Below, in pieces: positions 30,999 to 32,000 of a DNA stretch of 32,000 nucleotides; the stretch's first letter is position 1, and each line of letters opens with the position of its first letter. Position numbers and translations under genes: made by a program. Origin of the DNA: Haloferax volcanii DS2 (lineage in GTDB: Archaea > Halobacteriota > Halobacteria > Halobacteriales > Haloferacaceae); NCBI RefSeq assembly GCF_000025685.1, contig NC_013967.1, positions 900,001 through 932,000 of the forward strand, read 5' to 3'. The notes under the pieces are model-generated. The model did not search any database. It saw only the letters and a program-made list of their open reading frames with translations, and was not told the origin of the DNA.

Positions 30999-31763
30999 GT
31001 GACCGGTCCCACTATCGCCGTCCCGCAGCGCGCCGCGTTCGACCTCGACCCGGCGCGAAACGAGGCGGACGTGCGCGCCCGCGCCGCCGACCTCCCCGAG
31101 TCGATCGATATCGCGCTGTTCTCCGAGTACGCGCTCACGGGCTTCGTCGCGGACAGCCGCGCCTTCAGCGGCGCGATACCTCGGGAGCGCGCGACCGACT
31201 TCCTCGCCTCCGTCGCCGCGGAAAACGGCTTCGACGTACTGGCGGGCTACCTCGAACGCGACGGCGAGACGCTCCACAACGCGGCCGCCTACGTCCGGTC
31301 CGACGGTTCGGCGACCGTCTACCGCAAGCGACACCTCTGGGGCGACGAGGCCGACATCGTCACTCCGGGCGACGAACTCGTCGTCGCGGACACGCCCGCC
31401 GGCCGGACGGGAATCCTCACCTGTTACGACCTGAACTTCGTCCGCGACAGCGCTGCGCTGACCGACGAGCGAGTCGACGCCCTGTTCGTCGTCGGCGCGT
31501 GGCCCGACGCCCACTCGGCGAACTGGCGACTGCTCTGTCGCGCCCGCGCCCTCGACGGGGTTCGCTGGCTCGTCGGCGCGAACCGGACGGGGAGCGGGTC
31601 GATTTCGGGAACCGCGGGTTCGGAGTACGCGGGTCGCTCGCTCGTCGTCAGGCCCGACGGCGTGGTCGCAGCCGCGCTGAACCGCGGCGAGCGCGACCTC
31701 GTGTGGACGCTCGACCGCGACCTCTTGGCCGAACAGCGCGCGTTCGTCGGCTCGGTCGAGTAG
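30999..31763 (+). CDS. Carbon-nitrogen hydrolase (nitrilase superfamily) protein
   Basis: Glu-Lys-Cys triad context (LFSEYALTG, YRKRHLW, ILTCYDLNF). GTG start with a CTTTTTC element about 27 nt upstream. Confidence 0.85.
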   Translation: MTGPTIAVPQRAAFDLDPARNEADVRARAADLPESIDIALFSEYALTGFVADSRAFSGAIPRERATDFLASVAAENGFDVLAGYLERDGETLHNAAAYVRSDGSATVYRKRHLWGDEADIVTPGDELVVADTPAGRTGILTCYDLNFVRDSAALTDERVDALFVVGAWPDAHSANWRLLCRARALDGVRWLVGANRTGSGSISGTAGSEYAGRSLVVRPDGVVAAALNRGERDLVWTLDRDLLAEQRAFVGSVE

Positions 31764-31826
31764 CCGAAACCGGACTGCATCACCGGAATCGAGGGGGGTT
31801 TTTCCGACCGCGCCCAATCGGGGGCG

Positions 31827-32000
31827 ATGACGGACTCGCTCTTTACGCCGCTTTCGCTCCGCGAGACGGAGGTTCGAAACCGAATCATGGTCTCGCCGAT
31901 GTGTCAGTACTCCTCGACCGACGGGTTCGCCGACGACTGGCATCTCGTCCACCTCGGCAGCCGCGCCGTCGGCGGCGCGGGCATCGTGATGTCCGAGGCG
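31827..32000 (+). CDS. NADH:flavin oxidoreductase (Old Yellow Enzyme, YqjM/NamA-like), 5' partial at the window edge
   Basis: MTDSLFTPLSLRETEVRNRIMVSPMCQYSS...DWHLVHLGSRAVGGAGIVMSEA matches the OYE N-terminal pattern. The CDS is truncated by the window end. Confidence 0.75.
   Translation, partial: MTDSLFTPLSLRETEVRNRIMVSPMCQYSSTDGFADDWHLVHLGSRAVGGAGIVMSEA

Noticed and set aside
1-32000. Search for CRISPR arrays, IS elements or transposases, integrases, toxin-antitoxin pairs, or defence-island signatures
   Set aside because: No regularly spaced direct repeats were seen, and no transposase, integrase or restriction-type motifs. There is no block of atypical (low-GC) composition longer than about 200 nt. 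The AT-rich patches at about 11930-12136 and 12890-13037 are ordinary promoter and terminator spacers.

Overview
The window is a high-GC segment (about two thirds G+C by eye) whose proteins are strongly acidic, and most genes have an AT-rich TATA-like element about 27 nt upstream of the start codon, which suggests leaderless transcripts. This fits core chromosome of a haloarchaeon (class Halobacteria). From memory only, the gene order resembles the Haloferax chromosome around the ADP-forming acetyl-CoA synthetase, HvJAMM2 and RecJ3 loci. I support about 35 protein-coding genes. They include an RCK-DHH phosphoesterase, a CBS-ParB/Srx protein, an MFS transporter, a CNNM/CorB-type transporter and an M24 Xaa-Pro peptidase. 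They also include ADP-forming acetyl-CoA synthetase with a Pta-N-terminal-like partner, a ZIP transporter, an ABC-2 exporter pair and a Tat-lipoprotein PQQ-type sugar dehydrogenase. Further genes encode a Gfo/Idh/MocA oxidoreductase, an aldo/keto reductase, a cytochrome-oxidase cluster (fused CtaA-CtaB, coxB and accessory CxxC proteins), RibL and a JAMM/MPN+ protease. The remaining genes are a fructosamine-kinase-like protein, an S1+OB+DHH RecJ-like protein, a secreted PLD-family protein, a HEAT-repeat protein, a nitrilase-superfamily hydrolase, a partial OYE flavin oxidoreductase and several small proteins. I found no rRNA, tRNA, CRISPR array, transposase, integrase or obvious defence island, so this looks like ordinary core genome rather than an accessory region. 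The many long ORFs in alternative frames or on the opposite strand are Arg/Pro-rich high-GC shadows and I rejected them. The candidates most worth follow-up are all hypotheses from domain architecture and gene context: (1) the adjacent RCK-DHH/DHHA1 and CBS-CBS-ParB/Srx genes as a possible nucleotide-signal module; (2) a possible thiol/copper biogenesis module (polytopic CxxC membrane protein plus Rdx/SelW-like CxxC protein) downstream of fused ctaA-ctaB and divergent from an orphan coxB; (3) a stand-alone Pta-N-terminal regulatory-type protein apparently co-transcribed with ACD; (4) a surface-anchored LTD-like plus double-HKD PLD protein; (5) GC-rich, repeat- and hairpin-containing non-coding regions flanking the CNNM gene. 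All calls rest on reading motifs by eye, with no searches run.
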